Part shown: in pieces, positions 9,316-18,461 of the stretch
Layout: each line of letters opens with the position of its first letter
Position numbering within the stretch: the first letter of the stretch is position 1
Origin: Waddliaceae bacterium
Lineage (GTDB): Bacteria; Chlamydiota; Chlamydiia; Chlamydiales; SLFE01
Reading direction: 5' to 3'
NCBI GenBank assembly: GCA_963771045.1
Contig: CAVYRW010000004.1
Location: 1,760,001-1,824,000, forward strand
Length of the DNA: 64,000 bases
Notes under the pieces: generated by a model
The model's database searches: none
Seen by the model: only the letters and a program-made list of their open reading frames with translations
Told to the model about the DNA's origin: nothing
Position numbers and translations under genes: made by a program

Positions 9316-9335
9316 ACACTCTTAGGCGTTTAAAT

Positions 9336-9364
9336 AAAGGGTTCTGGCAAACAGAACCTTTTTT
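9336..9364 (+). terminator. Intrinsic terminator (paralogous to 8635-8660)
   Basis: AAAGGGTTCTG-gcaaa-CAGAACCTTTTTT. Confidence 0.7.
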
Positions 9365-9409
9365 CTCCAAAGTTTGAAGTTTTCTCGTCGGTCTGCTACA
9401 ATTCTTCCT

Positions 9410-10993
9410 ATGAATATCACACTTCAGGGCATATCTAAAGTTTTCGGCAGCCGCGTTCTTTTCGACGGCGTCAACATGACGTTCAACGCAGGAGGCCGCT
9501 ACGGACTGACCGGCCCCAACGGCGCTGGAAAGTCAACTCTTCTTAAAATCATCATGAATGAGGAATCCCCTTCCAGCGGAACAGTGAGCCTTCCCGACAG
9601 AGTCGGCATGCTCCGGCAAAATATCGAAGACTATCGCGAATTCGATGTCATCGACGCAGTTGTTATGGGAAACAAGAGACTTTGGGACGCCATGCAAGAG
9701 CGCGACCGCCTCTATGAAGAGGAGATGACCGACGAGCTCGGCATGCGCCTTGGCGACCTGGAAGGGATCATCGTCGAGGAAAACGGCTATACCGCCGAAG
9801 CCGACGCCGAAGTCCTCCTTCAGGGGATGGGCATCCCCGACGAACACATCATTTCCAAAATGCGGGAAATCCCCACTGACACACAGTTTAAAGTATTGCT
9901 CTGCCAGGCCCTTTTCGGCGAGCCGCAAGCCCTATTGCTCGACGAGCCCACCAACCACCTCGACCTCGACTCCATCCGGTGGCTTGAAGACTTTCTGCAC
10001 AATTATCCAGGCATGCTCATCGTGATCAGCCACGACCGCCACTTCCTCAACGCCGTCACCACCCATATCGCCGACATCGACTACGACACCATCTTCGACT
10101 ACCCGGGAAACTATGACGACATGATCATGCAGAAATCCGCAATTAGAGAGCAGGCTGTCAGAGAAGCTAAATCCAAAGAAAAAAAGGTGGCCCAGCTTCG
10201 GGAATTCATCGCGAAATTCGGCGCGGGAACAAGAGCGAGCCAAGTGCAGTCCCGAAAAAAAGAAATGGAGAAGCTTCAGCCGCAGGAGCTCAAAAAATCC
10301 AATATCGAGCGCCCTTACATCCGCTTTATCCCCTCGGAAAAGGCTCCCGGCAAACTCGTCCTTAAAGTTGAAAGCGTCTGCAAGAGCTACGATGGAGAAA
10401 AAGTCATCGAAAAAACATCATTCGAGGTGCATCGAGATGATAAGATCGGCATTATCGGAGCTAACGGCCTCGGAAAATCCACGCTGGTGAAAATGCTCTC
10501 GGGCTGGTTGAAGCCAAACAGCGGAAACGTCGAGATCGGCCACAACGCTAAGATCGCCTATTTTCCTCAAAACCACAAAGACGTCATCGATAAAAACACC
10601 GACATGTCCGCTTTCGACTGGCTCAAGAGCAGGCAGAAAAATGTCTACGACCAGGATGTCCGCTCAGTGATGGGAAAACTTCTTTTCGGCGGCGACGACG
10701 CCTTCAAAAAAGTCAAAACCCTCTCTGGAGGCGAGACCGCCAGGCTGCTGCTTGCCGAGATGATGCTGCAGGACCACAATGTCCTCATACTCGACGAACC
10801 CAATAACCACCTCGACCTGGAAGCTGTGTCCGCGCTGGCCTGGGGACTCGATGAGTACAAAGGGACTGTCATTGTCGTCAGCCACGACCGCGACCTGATC
10901 GAAAACGTCGCCAAAAAGCTGCTCATCTTCACAAAAGAGGGCATCGAGTTGTTCAGCGGCTCCTACTCTAAGTATTTAGAAAGAAAAAGTTAA
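9410..10993 (+). CDS. ABC-F family ATPase (YbiT-like)
   Basis: Two Walker A motifs (GPNGAGKS, GANGLGKS), LLLDEPTNHLD, LSGGE, ILDEPNNHLD; no TM segments. Probable ATG at 9410. Confidence 0.92.
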   Translation: MNITLQGISKVFGSRVLFDGVNMTFNAGGRYGLTGPNGAGKSTLLKIIMNEESPSSGTVSLPDRVGMLRQNIEDYREFDVIDAVVMGNKRLWDAMQERDRLYEEEMTDELGMRLGDLEGIIVEENGYTAEADAEVLLQGMGIPDEHIISKMREIPTDTQFKVLLCQALFGEPQALLLDEPTNHLDLDSIRWLEDFLHNYPGMLIVISHDRHFLNAVTTHIADIDYDTIFDYPGNYDDMIMQKSAIREQAVREAKSKEKKVAQLREFIAKFGAGTRASQVQSRKKEMEKLQPQELKKSNIERPYIRFIPSEKAPGKLVLKVESVCKSYDGEKVIEKTSFEVHRDDKIGIIGANGLGKSTLVKMLSGWLKPNSGNVEIGHNAKIAYFPQNHKDVIDKNTDMSAFDWLKSRQKNVYDQDVRSVMGKLLFGGDDAFKKVKTLSGGETARLLLAEMMLQDHNVLILDEPNNHLDLEAVSALAWGLDEYKGTVIVVSHDRDLIENVAKKLLIFTKEGIELFSGSYSKYLERKS

Positions 10994-11078
10994 GCATTCG
11001 ATGATCTATGTTTCAAGAGAACGCAGCAGACCGCAAGCCCCCGCAAGTTATCTAGAAACATAGTTCATTGAATGCTTA
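10991..11078. repeat. Palindromic repeat element, short (internally deleted) copy
   Basis: TAAGCATTCGATGATCTATGTTTC ... GAAACATAGTTCATTGAATGCTTA; core CGCAGCAGACCG.AAGCCCCCGCAAGTTATCTAG shared with the copy at 50294-50452. Confidence 0.8.
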
Positions 11079-11100
11079 CAGAAAAACCAAAGTGTGAGTT

Positions 11101-11847
11101 TTGGAAGAATTCACGAAAAAAAAGTTTCTTTCTCTTGCTCCTGAAAGGCGGCATAAAAAATGCGCCCTTTTGCTGAAACAGATCTACGACCGGCTCCTGC
11201 AAAACAACGACCCAGAGCCCCTGTGGCGCAAATACCGGGAATGGATGCTGTGGATGAAAGAGGGAACCGGCCCCTGCATCATCAAATCAATTGCCGATTC
11301 CTATCACCGCCATATCAAGCTCTCAGGCCAATACCTAAAAGAGCACAACTTCCTGCCGCGCATTGAAACAGAAGATAAAGTTCAGGCTCACCCTCCCTTA
11401 AACATTGCCGTTGTCCTCGACAATATCCGTTCAGCCCACAATGTCGGAAGCATGATCCGCACCGCTGAAGCTCTTGCGCTCGGAGAGCTCTATTTCAAAG
11501 GCATGACCCCTCTTCCCTCAAACAAGCAAGTTCGGGACACATCCATGGGAACGCATGAGTGGATCCCATGCCACTCCTTTCAGGATTTTGCAAAACTCCT
11601 CTCTCCTGTCATCGCCTTGGAAACCAGTCCCGACGCCCTTTCCCTCTCTGAATTTATTTTTCCCGAGTCTTTTACCCTGGTTGTCGGAAATGAGGAATAT
11701 GGCTGTTCGGACGAGACGCTTCAGGCGGCCGATATACTCCTCTCCATTCCCCTATACGGCCGCAAAAACTCCCTCAATGCCGCCAACGCCTTCGCTATAG
11801 CCGCCAATCAAATCCGCTGCCAAAGTTTCCTTGCAAACATTCGGTGA
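11101..11847 (+). CDS. TrmH/SpoU family RNA methyltransferase
   Basis: LDNIRSAHNVGSMIRTA, LVVGNEEYG, IPLYGRKNSLNAANA. Confidence 0.9.
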   Translation: MEEFTKKKFLSLAPERRHKKCALLLKQIYDRLLQNNDPEPLWRKYREWMLWMKEGTGPCIIKSIADSYHRHIKLSGQYLKEHNFLPRIETEDKVQAHPPLNIAVVLDNIRSAHNVGSMIRTAEALALGELYFKGMTPLPSNKQVRDTSMGTHEWIPCHSFQDFAKLLSPVIALETSPDALSLSEFIFPESFTLVVGNEEYGCSDETLQAADILLSIPLYGRKNSLNAANAFAIAANQIRCQSFLANIR

Positions 11848-11965
11848 ACCTACGTCCTTTGAGGACGCAGCTAATGGCAAAAAATGCAAAACGCTTAGAT
11901 AGCAGGCAACCCCACCAGGGGCTGCTGAAGCAGGCGGGCGCAGCGGACGTTATCCGAGGACTTAA
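11832..11965. repeat. Palindromic repeat element, diverged copy
   Basis: CATTCGGTGAACCTACGTCC ... CAGGCAACCCC ... GAAGCAGGCGGGCGCAGC ... GTTATC aligns by eye with 50294-50452; right arm is degenerate. Confidence 0.7.
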
Positions 11966-11971
11966 GACCCT

Positions 11972-12526
11972 TGAGGAGCTTAGAATTGGCAAACCCGAGA
12001 TTCCTTTCGATGTACGACCGATAATTCTCTGGAAGGGCGTCTCTTTCTTAACAGGTCCCTGCAGATTTGCTGGCATTCTTCATACTTTCCAATCCAATAA
12101 GCACAAATGGAAAGCTCCAAAGCCAAACCGTAATCATATGGCCATTGCTGCAAATCAAGCGCTCTTAGGGTTGTATTCTCTTTCAGCGCTTCGGCAAGTT
12201 CTTTTGCCTCGTCAGCGCCGATACTACATTTTGATAAATTGAGAAATCTTAGATTTGTTAACTTTAGAAGCTTTTCTACTTGTTGAGCTGAAAGTTGAGT
12301 ATTAGACAAGTTAATTGTTACGAGATTTGGAAATTTGCTGACCAACTTATCTAAAAGTTCATCTGTCATTTGTAAATTTGAAAGATCGAGTTCAGTAATC
12401 AACCGAGTTGTTGGGGAGGTTCCAGCACGTGAATCGTTAGCAGCGCTGCTTGGCTAGCGTACCTAGCAAATGTATAGATTTGTATAGGTTTTTAGGAGCG
12501 GTACTAGATCAGTATCGAATCGATCA
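11972..12526 (-). pseudogene. Decayed LRR (RNI-like) gene fused to a duplicated glycosyltransferase 3' end
   Basis: ITELDLSN..., LVTINLSN, LRFLNLSKCSIGADEAKELAEALKENTTLRALDL, then QQWPYDYGLALELSICAYWIGKYEECQQ. 11972-12152 repeats 12651-12831. Confidence 0.75.
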
Positions 12527-12630
12527 TTATGAACTCCTTTAGCTCTGGAACCATACAGGAATATCTTTTCGACAAAAAGAAGGTTAATGAGTTCTCTAAA
12601 AAAATAATATTTTTCAACCTCTTCCATATA

Positions 12631-13797
12631 CTACTGCTGGCAAATGCCTTCGAGGAGTTTGGAATTGGCAAATCCGAGATTTCTTTCGATGCACGACCGA
12701 TAATTCGCAGGAAGATCGTCTCTTTTTAACAGGTCCCTGCAAATTTGCTGGCATTCCTCATACTTTCCGATCCAATAAGCGCAAATGGAAAGCTCCAAAG
12801 CCAAACCGTAATCATATTGCCATTGCTGCAAGAATAAAAGGTCGCTTGACTGGGGAACGGACATGCCCAGTTTGGCGACCCTGTAACCGGCTTCATAATT
12901 TTCTTTGCTTCGGTAGTAGCAGGCCAGTTGATAGAGAGGCTCCAAGCGAGATGGGCGGTACTTGAAAGCCTTCATATAGCTTTCGACAATTTTTTCTTCC
13001 GGCGAGCCAAGGATTTCATGAAGATTGCCTACCTTGTAAAGAGACCAGAACACCTCCTGATCAAATCCCCCCATTTCCGCCCGCTTCTCATAATTTTCCA
13101 GGGCCTTTTCAAACTCGCGGGCAGAAAGACAACTTTGGGCAAGATAAAAAGTGTAGCGGCTATCATCCGGTTTTTTCTCAAGCTCCCTTTCCAATATTTC
13201 TATATCCTTGACGAATTTTAAAGGATCTTTCGACCTGGCCCCGTCGCATGTGTATGTGTTGGTTACTTTCTGCAAGGTAGCGAAAGTCCTCGAAGGAGGG
13301 GGGCAAATCACCTCGTGCAACACCCCTTTCCATTCCCAATCAAAATGATTGTTGATCAGTTGAATCTTCCCATACTTCATCCCGCCGCAAGTAATCGTCA
13401 CATAATAATAGTCAAGATTTAACTCGGGCAGCTCAAACTCGGGCTCATAAACCAAATACTCATCAGCGTCGATAAAAAATATATAGTCACTCTTACCTCG
13501 AGCCAGCTCCAAAGCCTCATTGCGGTTGTGCTCAAAGTTGATCCAGGGCCTCTCGTGAAGCTCCCCCGGCACCCCCTTCTTTTTCATATAACTGCGTATG
13601 AGATCCTGAGTTCCGTCCGTCGATCCGGTATCGACAATGACCCAGTAGTCGATAATAGGCAAAACCGAGTCGATGCATCGGCAGATGACATCGGTCTCAT
13701 CTTTGACAATCATGTTGAGACAGATTGTCTTGTGGTCCTCCGCTTGCAGTGTGAAAGCGGCGATGACAAGAAGAAAGACTCTGATAAATGATTTCAT
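12631..13797 (-). CDS. GT2-family glycosyltransferase with TPR C-terminus and signal-peptide-like N-terminus
   Basis: MKSFIRVFLLVIAAFTLQA|EDH; ICLNMIVKDE, IVDTGSTDGT, FFIDADE, WKGVLHE, RYTFYLAQS. Confidence 0.88.
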   Translation of the reverse strand: MKSFIRVFLLVIAAFTLQAEDHKTICLNMIVKDETDVICRCIDSVLPIIDYWVIVDTGSTDGTQDLIRSYMKKKGVPGELHERPWINFEHNRNEALELARGKSDYIFFIDADEYLVYEPEFELPELNLDYYYVTITCGGMKYGKIQLINNHFDWEWKGVLHEVICPPPSRTFATLQKVTNTYTCDGARSKDPLKFVKDIEILERELEKKPDDSRYTFYLAQSCLSAREFEKALENYEKRAEMGGFDQEVFWSLYKVGNLHEILGSPEEKIVESYMKAFKYRPSRLEPLYQLACYYRSKENYEAGYRVAKLGMSVPQSSDLLFLQQWQYDYGLALELSICAYWIGKYEECQQICRDLLKRDDLPANYRSCIERNLGFANSKLLEGICQQ

Positions 13798-13819
13798 AAC
13801 TATAAAAAAATTGGAAAGT

Positions 13820-13843
13820 TAACTTTAGCTCATGCTAAAGTTA
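13820..13843. promoter_or_regulatory. Perfect inverted repeat at the centre of the divergent GT promoter
   Basis: TAACTTTAGC-tcat-GCTAAAGTTA, nearly equidistant from the ATGs at 13797 and 13868. Confidence 0.6.
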
Positions 13844-13867
13844 TCTTCGGCTATTTTCAAGGTTTTT

Positions 13868-14986
13868 ATGAAATCTTTTTGCATTTTTTTACTCGCTCTT
13901 TTCATCGTTTCCTCCAACTATGCCGGAGAGAGAAAATCGATCCTCATTTCAACATTCACTGTTCAGGGCGTCAAACCGTGGGACCCAGACAGCGTCAAGC
14001 AAGGAATTACAGGCTCAGAAGAGGCGGTCATCTACATGTCGCAAAAACTAGCCAGCATCGGCTACAGGGTCATTGTTCTGGGAAATCCCCCGCAAAGTTC
14101 GCCGCATTCGGCTTCCGGTGCCAACCCCAGATTCGTTGGGAATGTTTCCGATTTGACTCATTGCGATATCGCCATCTCATGGAGAAATCCAAGAAATGCT
14201 AAAGAACTGAGGAAATTTGCAGACAAAGTCTATTTATGGCCGCATGATTCCTGCTTTCGTCATGTGCCTGAAAAAATGATAAACGAATTCGACGATGTTC
14301 TCTGGCTGTCAAACTGGCAAAGAGAACAGTGGTCTTCGGTCAATCCCGCATTCGCCAAATTCCATAGAATTTTTGGCAACGGCATCAACCCCGAACAGTT
14401 TCACCCTGTTGGAGAGAGACGCAATCCCTACTCATGTGTCTACGGTTCAAATTACGGTTTGGGTCTGGAGACGCTTCTCGACATATGGCCCAAGATCAAG
14501 GAAAAATATCCGATGGCCACGCTTGATATCTACTACGGCTGGCAGCATTGGGGTTTCCTTTCCCCAGAAAAAGAGAGAAAAATGATGAATCAGGTGGTCG
14601 TCCTCGCTTATCTTGATGTCCGCGATCACGGGCTGGTCAGCCACGAAGAAATCAACCGCGCCTACGAAACCTCCTCATTCTGGACCTATCCGTTAAACGC
14701 GACCGAAACCTTCTGCATCACAGCCTTAAAAGCCCAGATTGGAGGCGCGGTCCCCGTCGTTATTCAAAGAGCCGCTCTAAAAGAAACCGTCAAACACGGC
14801 TACACATGCGAAAAAACCGAAGAATATCTGCCCATGCTTCTCAAAGCTATGAGCGAGGCCGAAACAATATCTGTCGAAGACAGAAAAAAAATGAGAGAAT
14901 CAATCACCGGGAATTATACCTGGGAAAAAATCGCTTTAAAATGGGATGAATTGTTCAATGATAAAAATACACATTCAGTCTGCTGA
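13868..14986 (+). CDS. GT-B (GT4-like) glycosyltransferase with signal-peptide-like N-terminus
   Basis: MKSFCIFLLALFIVSSNYA|GE; GITGSEEAVIYM, LWPHD, GNGINP, ETFCITALKAQ.GGAVPV, ALKETV, YTWEKIA. Confidence 0.85.
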   Translation: MKSFCIFLLALFIVSSNYAGERKSILISTFTVQGVKPWDPDSVKQGITGSEEAVIYMSQKLASIGYRVIVLGNPPQSSPHSASGANPRFVGNVSDLTHCDIAISWRNPRNAKELRKFADKVYLWPHDSCFRHVPEKMINEFDDVLWLSNWQREQWSSVNPAFAKFHRIFGNGINPEQFHPVGERRNPYSCVYGSNYGLGLETLLDIWPKIKEKYPMATLDIYYGWQHWGFLSPEKERKMMNQVVVLAYLDVRDHGLVSHEEINRAYETSSFWTYPLNATETFCITALKAQIGGAVPVVIQRAALKETVKHGYTCEKTEEYLPMLLKAMSEAETISVEDRKKMRESITGNYTWEKIALKWDELFNDKNTHSVC

Positions 14987-14997
14987 CGTTTTGCACC

Positions 14998-17643
14998 GTG
15001 ATTGCCCTGGCGGCGTTTGCGCTCAATAAAACATCGCCCAAGGAGGCAAAACCCCGCCTGTCGATCATTACATCCGTATTTAACGGAGATCGGCATATTC
15101 GAGGCTTTCTTGAAAATATCACCAGCGTCAATCACTTTGAAGACTACGAACTTCTCCTCATCCACCCTCCCGGTCCCGGCCATGAAGAAACCATTATCAA
15201 GGAATACCTCCCCCGCTTTGCCAATATCCACTACATCAAAATTGACAGCGACCCGGGAGTTTACGGCGTCTGGAACCTGGGAGCCAAAATGGCAAAAGCC
15301 GATTTTCTCACAAACGCCAACGTCGACGATAGAAAACATCCGGAAATGTTAGACCGGCACCTCCGGCATCTTGAAGAAAACCCCGATATTGACCTGGTGT
15401 ACTCCGACTTCATTATGACCCGTATTCCGAACTCCGATTTCGCCGCCAACAAAAGCACAAAAGTCATCCGTTACGATGATTATTCTCCGGAAAAAATGTG
15501 TTTATGCCTGCCGGGGCCGGGGCCGCTCTGGCGGAAAGATGTCCACAGCCGCTTCGGCTGCTTTCGTGATGATTTCATAGCAGCGGGAGATTTTGAAATG
15601 TGGAACCGCATGGCAGCCGGCGGAGCCAAAATGAAAAAACTGCCTGGGGTCGGCGTACTTTTCTACGAGAATCGCTTGGGACTGATCTACAACCCTTCTC
15701 CCGAAAAAACAGCCCAAAGAGAATGGGAAAATAATTATGTCAAACATGCCTATTCGTATCTTTGGAATCAAATTCCCGAAGAGAAGCCCCTTCTTCTCGT
15801 CCTTATGCCCACAAGGTCGCGTCCCGAGCTTTTTTTTAAACAGCTCGACAACTACTATTACAACCTCTCCGGAGAAACTCGCTACCGCTTTCTTATCAAC
15901 TGCGACGAAGACGATGAAACCATGAATAATCCCGAGGTGCGAGAGCGGCTCGGCACCTACCCCAATCTCATCTATTCGTTTCAACCCGGCAGCACAAAAA
16001 TCGACGCCTATAACAGAAACATCTTTTCCACTTCCTATGATGTTCTTCTTGCCGCAAGCGAAGATCTCGAACCTCAGGTGTGGGGCTACGACAAAAAAAT
16101 CTTGGGCCAAATGAAAGCACATTTTCCGGGCTATGACGGCGTTCTCAACTACCATGACGGCTATGTCGGCGAAAGGTGCAATATCTATCCCATTGCAGGC
16201 CGCAAATTTATTGAACGTCTGGGACACTTTTACCACCCCGAATACACCTCCCTTTATGCTAACGAAGAGCTCACAGTGATCTCCCGAATTTTAGCCAAGG
16301 AAAAAATCATCAACGAAGTGCTGCTCAAACACCGCCATCCCGCCCATGGTGAAAGGCCCTGGGATGCTCTGGATAGACGAAATGAAGGGTTTAAAGAACA
16401 AGATAAGCAGGTATTTTTAAAACACAAAGAAAACCGATTTGATTTAGACGGCAAAGATTTTTTTGAAAAGGACTGGAGCATCCTGATCTGCACACTCGAT
16501 GAACGGAAGCAGATTTTTGAAAACCTCTATAACGAGCTGCTCGATCAAATAAGAAAAGCCGGGCTAAGTGATAAGATCGAAGTGCTTTATTATAGGGATA
16601 ATCGAGAAAAATCTATCGGATTTAAACGAAATGCGCTCATGAGACACGCTCGTGGAAAATATGCCTGCTTTATCGACGACGACGATGAAGTACATCCCGA
16701 ATACATCAAAATGATTCATGGAAAAATGCAATCCGATCCGGACTGCATCAGTCTGAAAGGCATACTGAACAATCCCAAAGGACAAACTTATGTATTCGAA
16801 CACTCGTTAGCTCACGGCACCCAATACGCATTTAAAAACGGTCGATATATCCGCCCTCCCAACCATCTCAATCCTATGAAAAAAGTTGTCGCCGCTCAAT
16901 TTTTATTTCCTGAAATTAACTTAGAAGAGGATAAGTTATGGGCAATGGATATCGCCCGTTCCGGAATTTTAAAGACCGAAGAAACCATCGAAGATCCCTA
17001 TTATTTTTACACCCCGTCCGAGTATGCCGCAAATATCAGTCTCGAAAAAAAAGAAAGAGACCTCCTGATAACCTGCTGCGCAAGGAGTGGAGCTGCATTT
17101 ATGACACAATTTCTCAAAAAAAATAAAATGGATGTGGGCCATGAGAACGACGGAAAAGACGGCGTTGTCTCATGGCTAATGGCTGTAGACAGCAACTTAG
17201 CCCCCTGGTGCTTGCCATCAAATGCCTATACATTCCAGCATGTATTGCATCAAGTGAGGCACCCGCTCAAGACCATCGCTTCCGCAGGAAATGAACCCGA
17301 CCGTTCATGGCTTTTTATTCAACGCTTTGTTCCGGAGATAAACCTGGAAGATCCCAAGATAGTCAAAGGAGCCAAGTATTGGTATTACTGGAACCTCCTT
17401 GCAGAAAAAAAGTCGGAGTTTACCTACCGCGTGGAAGATTTGGACAGCGCCGTTGATGAAATTAACAGCCGCCTAGGACTTAACCTGAATAAAAATATCC
17501 TTAAGGAGATCCCAAAAAACGTCAATACCCGGGGTTATAAGGATATCTACACCTGGCAGGACCTCAAAGAAAATCTGGAGCCTGAACTCTACGATAATAT
17601 TGTCGAGATGGCCACGCGTTATGGCTACCTTGTCCAAGACTGA
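14998..17643 (+). CDS. Multidomain protein: three GT-A (GT2-like) domains plus a sulfotransferase-like domain
   Basis: Domain 1 LSIITSVFNGD...LTNANVDDR; domain 2 MPTRSRP...CDEDD...YHPEYTSLY; domain 3 WSILICTLDER...SIGFKRN...FIDDDD; C-terminus ITCCARSG...HQVRHPLKTIAS...YRVEDL. Confidence 0.8.
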   Translation: MIALAAFALNKTSPKEAKPRLSIITSVFNGDRHIRGFLENITSVNHFEDYELLLIHPPGPGHEETIIKEYLPRFANIHYIKIDSDPGVYGVWNLGAKMAKADFLTNANVDDRKHPEMLDRHLRHLEENPDIDLVYSDFIMTRIPNSDFAANKSTKVIRYDDYSPEKMCLCLPGPGPLWRKDVHSRFGCFRDDFIAAGDFEMWNRMAAGGAKMKKLPGVGVLFYENRLGLIYNPSPEKTAQREWENNYVKHAYSYLWNQIPEEKPLLLVLMPTRSRPELFFKQLDNYYYNLSGETRYRFLINCDEDDETMNNPEVRERLGTYPNLIYSFQPGSTKIDAYNRNIFSTSYDVLLAASEDLEPQVWGYDKKILGQMKAHFPGYDGVLNYHDGYVGERCNIYPIAGRKFIERLGHFYHPEYTSLYANEELTVISRILAKEKIINEVLLKHRHPAHGERPWDALDRRNEGFKEQDKQVFLKHKENRFDLDGKDFFEKDWSILICTLDERKQIFENLYNELLDQIRKAGLSDKIEVLYYRDNREKSIGFKRNALMRHARGKYACFIDDDDEVHPEYIKMIHGKMQSDPDCISLKGILNNPKGQTYVFEHSLAHGTQYAFKNGRYIRPPNHLNPMKKVVAAQFLFPEINLEEDKLWAMDIARSGILKTEETIEDPYYFYTPSEYAANISLEKKERDLLITCCARSGAAFMTQFLKKNKMDVGHENDGKDGVVSWLMAVDSNLAPWCLPSNAYTFQHVLHQVRHPLKTIASAGNEPDRSWLFIQRFVPEINLEDPKIVKGAKYWYYWNLLAEKKSEFTYRVEDLDSAVDEINSRLGLNLNKNILKEIPKNVNTRGYKDIYTWQDLKENLEPELYDNIVEMATRYGYLVQD

Positions 17644-17746
17644 AATCATAGAAGTTGGATAAGGCACATCGTTCGATTAACCTGCTTGACAGTTCTATTA
17701 ATATAATGTAAAAGATTTTTTTTACTTATTTTATAGGAAAGCGACC

Positions 17747-18088
17747 ATGTCCGGTGTCACAGCCTATTATCAACGTTGGGAAAGGCATAAACGAAATGCG
17801 CAAACCCGCCCAGCCGGCTATTCCCTTCATCAATCACCAGAAAACTGCAAGAAATTTGCTCAAGAATTCTGGAGTAGGCAACCTGAAAGGGTTCCAGAAG
17901 AATATATACATGAATCCGGAGAACCTTTTAAAGTTAGTGTGAATGGCAAGCTAATGCAGAACCTCAATGCTCAACCTGCGGGTTTCCGCATCAACGATCT
18001 TCGTTCGGGAGAGTTCAAAATCCTGCCGCAGCAAAAATCCAAAAGAAGCAAATCCTGGAAGAGACTGCCGACTTATAAAAAACATTGA
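17747..18088 (+). CDS. Hypothetical protein
   Basis: 113-aa ORF with AGGA RBS; WE...TRP.GYSLH...FW...P..VP.EY pattern. Confidence 0.6.
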   Translation: MSGVTAYYQRWERHKRNAQTRPAGYSLHQSPENCKKFAQEFWSRQPERVPEEYIHESGEPFKVSVNGKLMQNLNAQPAGFRINDLRSGEFKILPQQKSKRSKSWKRLPTYKKH

Positions 18089-18110
18089 TTTTCAAGAGAA
18101 TTGCAAAAAA

Positions 18111-18453
18111 GAGGGAAGGCGGTAAGCCGGATTCTGTCGTTAAGTCATCATTTGTCTAGGGATCCCGTCGCCGGAATCCTCAAGCGGCTGTCTTCAGAGC
18201 TCTGCGGAGTACAGTGAAGCGCCCTGTATTTACCTTGCTTCGGATAGGGTTTGTCGCAGCCGGCGGGTCTCCCTGCCGGGGCCGGGTCTTAAACCCAGCG
18301 TTTCAGCCTGCCCGTCCCGAGGGGCGGCGGTATACTTTCTGTTACACTTTCCGTAGCCTTTCGGCCCCCAGCCTTTCACTGGTATCCTCTCCTGTGAAGT
18401 CCAGACTTTCCTCCGCTGCTTAGAGAATGCTGCGGCGATGACCTGCCTTCCCG
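18111..18453 (-). ncRNA. rnpB: RNase P RNA (bacterial type A)
   Basis: Minus strand has GAGGAAAGTCTGGAC near the 5' end and ACAGAATCCGGCTTA near the 3' end; P1 helix GGGAAGGC/GCCTTCCC. Confidence 0.95.
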
Positions 18454-18461
18454 AGATATTA

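Noticed and set aside
8600..9364. Repeated downstream motif read as integron attC sites
   Set aside because: The hairpins have U-tails typical of terminators, lack RYYYAAC/GTTRRRY cores, and no integrase is nearby.
9098..9377. ORFs 9098..9370 (-) and 9156..9377 (+)
   Set aside because: They lie across the MITE and terminator and have no recognisable motifs.
11795..12242. ORFs 11795..12076 (-) and 11844..12242 (+)
   Set aside because: Chance frames across the palindromic repeat and the duplicated GT fragment.
17686..17707. TTGACA and TATAAT upstream of 17747
   Set aside because: The spacer is only 10 nt, so this is not a valid sigma70-type pair.
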